A stretch of 10,166 nucleotides of DNA from positions 1 through 10,166 of the forward strand of contig JASFYY010000123.1 in NCBI GenBank assembly GCA_045046875.1. Direction: 5' to 3'. Made by a program: the position numbers and the translations under genes. Origin of the DNA: Verrucomicrobiota bacterium. Its GTDB lineage: Bacteria > Verrucomicrobiota > Verrucomicrobiia > Verrucomicrobiales > DEV007. Positions within the stretch are counted from its first letter, which is position 1. The number at the start of each line of letters is the position of its first letter. Of the stretch, positions 7,314 through 10,166 are shown one piece after another. The notes beneath the pieces are model-generated. The model was not told where the DNA came from. It made no database searches and was given only the letters and a program-made list of their open reading frames with translations.

Positions 7314-8414
7314 TTACTTATCGATAGCGATTAGTTTTCCAATCATGTCATCACAAATCACCGTTGATTTTTCATCATTTGAGTTGGTAACTACTAGGTA
7401 GGCTCGATCTAATTTGGGAGCTACCCAAAGCAATGCGTGCCACATGGTATTGCTGCCGCTGTGACTAAGAACGGTTCCTTTGCCCCAAGTGCGTTGAGTT
7501 ACGAGCCAGCCTGCGGCGTATTCGCCTGTAGGTTGAATGAGTCGATCAAGTTTTTTGCGATTAAGGATGACGGGTGTTTTTTCAGGTAACTGCAAAGCGA
7601 TGAATTTTGCCCAATCCTGCAGAGAGCAATGAACTCGCCCAGCTGGTCCGAGAGCTGCTGCATTATCAGATTGAATAGGAGACCAGCGGCCTGATTTTTT
7701 GATGTGCCCCCAAGGTTGCTTGATTTCCCCGGGCCGTCCGGGAGCTCCAAAACCAGCTGATTTCATATCAAGGGGTTTGAAAATAAATGACTTCATTAAA
7801 TCCTCCCAACTGGTCCGGCTCAATTTTTCGATCATACAGGCTGCTGTCATGTAACCTAGATTTGAATAAAGAAACTCTCCGGGTTTTCCAGCAGAAGCCT
7901 GCTTAAGGTTCTCCAACATAATCGTTTGGCGGCGAACCTTGATTGTCATATTTCGGTGCGCCCGCCAGTCCTGGGCGTTTGTAGCAATGCCAGAGCGATG
8001 GGTCGCTAATTGCCACAAGGTGGTTTGATGATAGTCAGGATGGATTTTGTTTTTGTATTCAGGAAAAACTTCGATCAAAGTGGTTTCCCAGCTGATAGAA
8101 CTTTCATCAACAAAACGAGCCAGTAAAGTTGAAGTCATCGCCTTGGTGCAGGACCCTAGGTGCACCAGATCCTGAGGGGTGATTTTTTTCTTATTACCAG
8201 ATTTTCGAACTCCAGCAGCAGCGATCGCAATCAGGCCATCGGAATCGATGATAGCTGCCAGCATCCCTGGAATTTTGTTCTGGTTGATGGATTTGATCAA
8301 AGCAGCCTTAATCAGGGCGGATTTTTCACGCTCGATTTTGGTTTGGGCTTGGGAAGTCTGGCAGACTAATAGGGGCAGGGTGAATAGGAAGATGACGACT
8401 TTGGGTGCAATCAT
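7314..8414 (-). CDS. Serine hydrolase, beta-lactamase class C/PBP-like family, secreted
   Basis: SxxK (GSCTK, 8153-8142), LATHRSG, YxN (FLYSNLGY), GPAG and HSGS motifs; N-terminal signal peptide. Substrate not determinable. Confidence 0.9.
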   Translation of the reverse strand: MIAPKVVIFLFTLPLLVCQTSQAQTKIEREKSALIKAALIKSINQNKIPGMLAAIIDSDGLIAIAAAGVRKSGNKKKITPQDLVHLGSCTKAMTSTLLARFVDESSISWETTLIEVFPEYKNKIHPDYHQTTLWQLATHRSGIATNAQDWRAHRNMTIKVRRQTIMLENLKQASAGKPGEFLYSNLGYMTAACMIEKLSRTSWEDLMKSFIFKPLDMKSAGFGAPGRPGEIKQPWGHIKKSGRWSPIQSDNAAALGPAGRVHCSLQDWAKFIALQLPEKTPVILNRKKLDRLIQPTGEYAAGWLVTQRTWGKGTVLSHSGSNTMWHALLWVAPKLDRAYLVVTNSNDEKSTVICDDMIGKLIAIDK

Positions 8415-8514
8415 GGTTTGGATGTAGGAGAATGGGACAGATGGATTGAGAGCTTTGCATATCAGGCATGGTATTAAAATTGATTTTCTGGTAATTTATA
8501 TTTAGATAATCATC

Positions 8515-10166
8515 ATGGCTAAAGCAGCACCACCTTTTTACTATCAAAAACCCTTTCCGCTAGGCAAGGATCAGTCTGAATACAATCTTTTGACAAACGA
8601 GTTTGTCGAGACCGTTGATTTTAATGGTGAATCGATGTTAAAGGTGGATCCACAGGCGCTGACCTATCTTGCAGAGACGGCGATGAGGGAGATTGCTTTT
8701 AAGCTGCGCAGCGAACATTTGGAAAAAGTGGCTGCGATTCTCGATGATCCGGAAGCGACGGAGAATGACCGCACGATTGCTTTGACCTTGTTGCGCAATG
8801 CGGAGGTGGCGGTGCACGGGGTGCTGCCTTTTTGTCAGGATACCGGCACTGCGGTTATCTTGGGGAAAAAAGGTCAGCGGGTGTGGACCGGCGGGTCTGA
8901 CGAAGAGGCGCTTTCGCAGGGGGTGTATGACGCTTACACCAAGGAGAATTTGCGCTACTCGCAGACAGCGCCTCTGTCGATGTATGAGGAGAAAAATACG
9001 GGCTGCAATTTGCCAGCACAGATTGATTTGTTGGTAGCTGATGGAGATTCGTATGATTTTCTTTTTGTGGCCAAGGGAGGAGGATCGGCTAACAAAACCT
9101 TTCTGTTTCAGGAAAGCAAAGCCTTGCTGAATCCGGCTAGTCTTGAGAAATTTTGTATCGAAAAAATGGGCACGCTGGGCACTTCGGCTTGTCCGCCCTA
9201 CCATATCGCTATCGTCATCGGCGGCACTTCGGCTGAGACGACGATGAAAACGGTGAAATTGGCTTCGACCAAGTATTACGATGAATTGCCGACGGAAGGC
9301 AATGAACATGGTCAGGCTTTCCGCGATAAGGAGCTGGAAGAGAAGCTGCTCGATTACACCCGTTGCATGGGATACGGCGCTCAGTTCGGGGGTAAGTATT
9401 TTGCTCTCGATGTGCGAGTGATTCGCCTGCCGCGTCATGGCGCTTCTTGTCCAGTGGGGATCGGGGTTTCTTGCTCTGCGGATCGTAACGTCAAAGCGCG
9501 TATTGATAAAGAAGGCGTGTGGCTCGAAAAACTTGAAGATAATCCAGGGCGTTTCATCCCTGCGAGTTCCGAGATGCCTAAACCCAGGGAGGCGGTTAAG
9601 ATTGATTTGAATCGTCCGATGGCAGACATTCTTGCCGAGCTCAGCGAGTATCCGGTCACCACCCCACTGGCACTTTCGGGAACGATCGTGGTGGCTCGTG
9701 ATATCGCGCATGCCAAGTTGCAAGAGCGCATTGATCGCGGGGAAGGTCTGCCTGATTATATCAAAAATCACCCGGTTTATTATGCCGGGCCGGCGAAGAC
9801 TCCGGCGGGAAAACCCTCGGGTTCTTTTGGCCCGACCACTGCAGGCCGCATGGATTCTTATGTGGCTCCTTTTCAAGCGGAAGGCGGTTCCTTGATCATG
9901 CTAGCCAAGGGTAATCGTTCACAGCAGGTGACGGATGCTTGTAAAGAATTTGGCGGTTTTTATCTCGGTTCGATCGGAGGACCGGCAGCTTTACTCGCAG
10001 AGTATAATATCAAAAAGGTCGAGGTGCTCGAATACCCAGAGCTGGGGATGGAAGCGATTTGGAAAATCGAGGTGGAGGACTTTCCTGCTTACATTCTGGT
10101 GGATGACAAGGGCAATGACTTTTTTGCAGGCATCCGTGAGACTTGTTCGAAGTGTGCGGTGCAGGC
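8515..10166 (+). CDS. fumA: Fumarate hydratase class I (Fe-S, FumA/FumB long type); stop codon lies beyond the window
   Basis: Manual translation from ATG 8515: [23 protein letters not shown]..., CQDTG (8833), KGGGSANK (9073), GTSACPPYH (Cys 9190), [14 protein letters not shown] (Cys 9472), GPTTAGRMD, ...DDKGNDFF...CSKC; open for 550 codons to the edge. fumA and fumB cannot be distinguished. Confidence 0.97.
   Translation, partial: MAKAAPPFYYQKPFPLGKDQSEYNLLTNEFVETVDFNGESMLKVDPQALTYLAETAMREIAFKLRSEHLEKVAAILDDPEATENDRTIALTLLRNAEVAVHGVLPFCQDTGTAVILGKKGQRVWTGGSDEEALSQGVYDAYTKENLRYSQTAPLSMYEEKNTGCNLPAQIDLLVADGDSYDFLFVAKGGGSANKTFLFQESKALLNPASLEKFCIEKMGTLGTSACPPYHIAIVIGGTSAETTMKTVKLASTKYYDELPTEGNEHGQAFRDKELEEKLLDYTRCMGYGAQFGGKYFALDVRVIRLPRHGASCPVGIGVSCSADRNVKARIDKEGVWLEKLEDNPGRFIPASSEMPKPREAVKIDLNRPMADILAELSEYPVTTPLALSGTIVVARDIAHAKLQERIDRGEGLPDYIKNHPVYYAGPAKTPAGKPSGSFGPTTAGRMDSYVAPFQAEGGSLIMLAKGNRSQQVTDACKEFGGFYLGSIGGPAALLAEYNIKKVEVLEYPELGMEAIWKIEVEDFPAYILVDDKGNDFFAGIRETCSKCAVQ

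Noticed and set aside
1973..8414. Antibiotic-resistance island (vanX plus beta-lactamase)
   Set aside because: No vanH/vanA/vanRS or mobile-element genes; both proteins are only family-level matches in families dominated by non-resistance enzymes.
8499..8517. Fur-box-like sequence TATTTAGATAATCATCATG over the fumarase start
   Set aside because: Only 13/19 match to GATAATGATAATCATTATC in AT-rich DNA, and iron-dependent repression of an Fe-S enzyme would be unexpected.
995..8547. Other short ORFs overlapping the main genes (e.g. 995-1411, 1452-1892, 2205-2531, 5190-5729, 6391-6780, 8326-8547)
   Set aside because: Overlap motif-supported CDSs and show no family signatures.
8638..9876. 412-aa minus-strand ORF (and small ORFs 8798-9037, 9435-9731, 9632-9895)
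   Set aside because: Antisense or alternate-frame shadows of the well-supported fumarase; Arg-rich with no recognisable motifs.

Overview
Bacterial chromosomal window; the gene content (secreted sulfatase, several secreted alpha/beta-hydrolases) suggests Verrucomicrobiota/Planctomycetota, but that is inference. In order: a perfect 30-bp tandem array of a hairpin-forming REP-like unit running off the left edge; five + strand hydrolase genes (formylglycine-dependent sulfatase, VanX/DdpX-like M15 D-Ala-D-Ala dipeptidase, three alpha/beta-hydrolases); a convergent amtB ammonium transporter without an adjacent glnK; a beta-lactamase-family serine hydrolase; and a divergent class I [4Fe-4S] fumarate hydratase missing from the ORF track because its stop lies beyond the window. 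No RNA genes, transposases, CRISPR arrays or defence genes are evident. I cannot support a clearly new multi-gene system. The most unusual signals are the palindromic repeat family (tandem array plus a dispersed copy), an uncharacterised GFSRG hydrolase, the extended VanX-like protein and a G/C-skew shift at 5031-5933.
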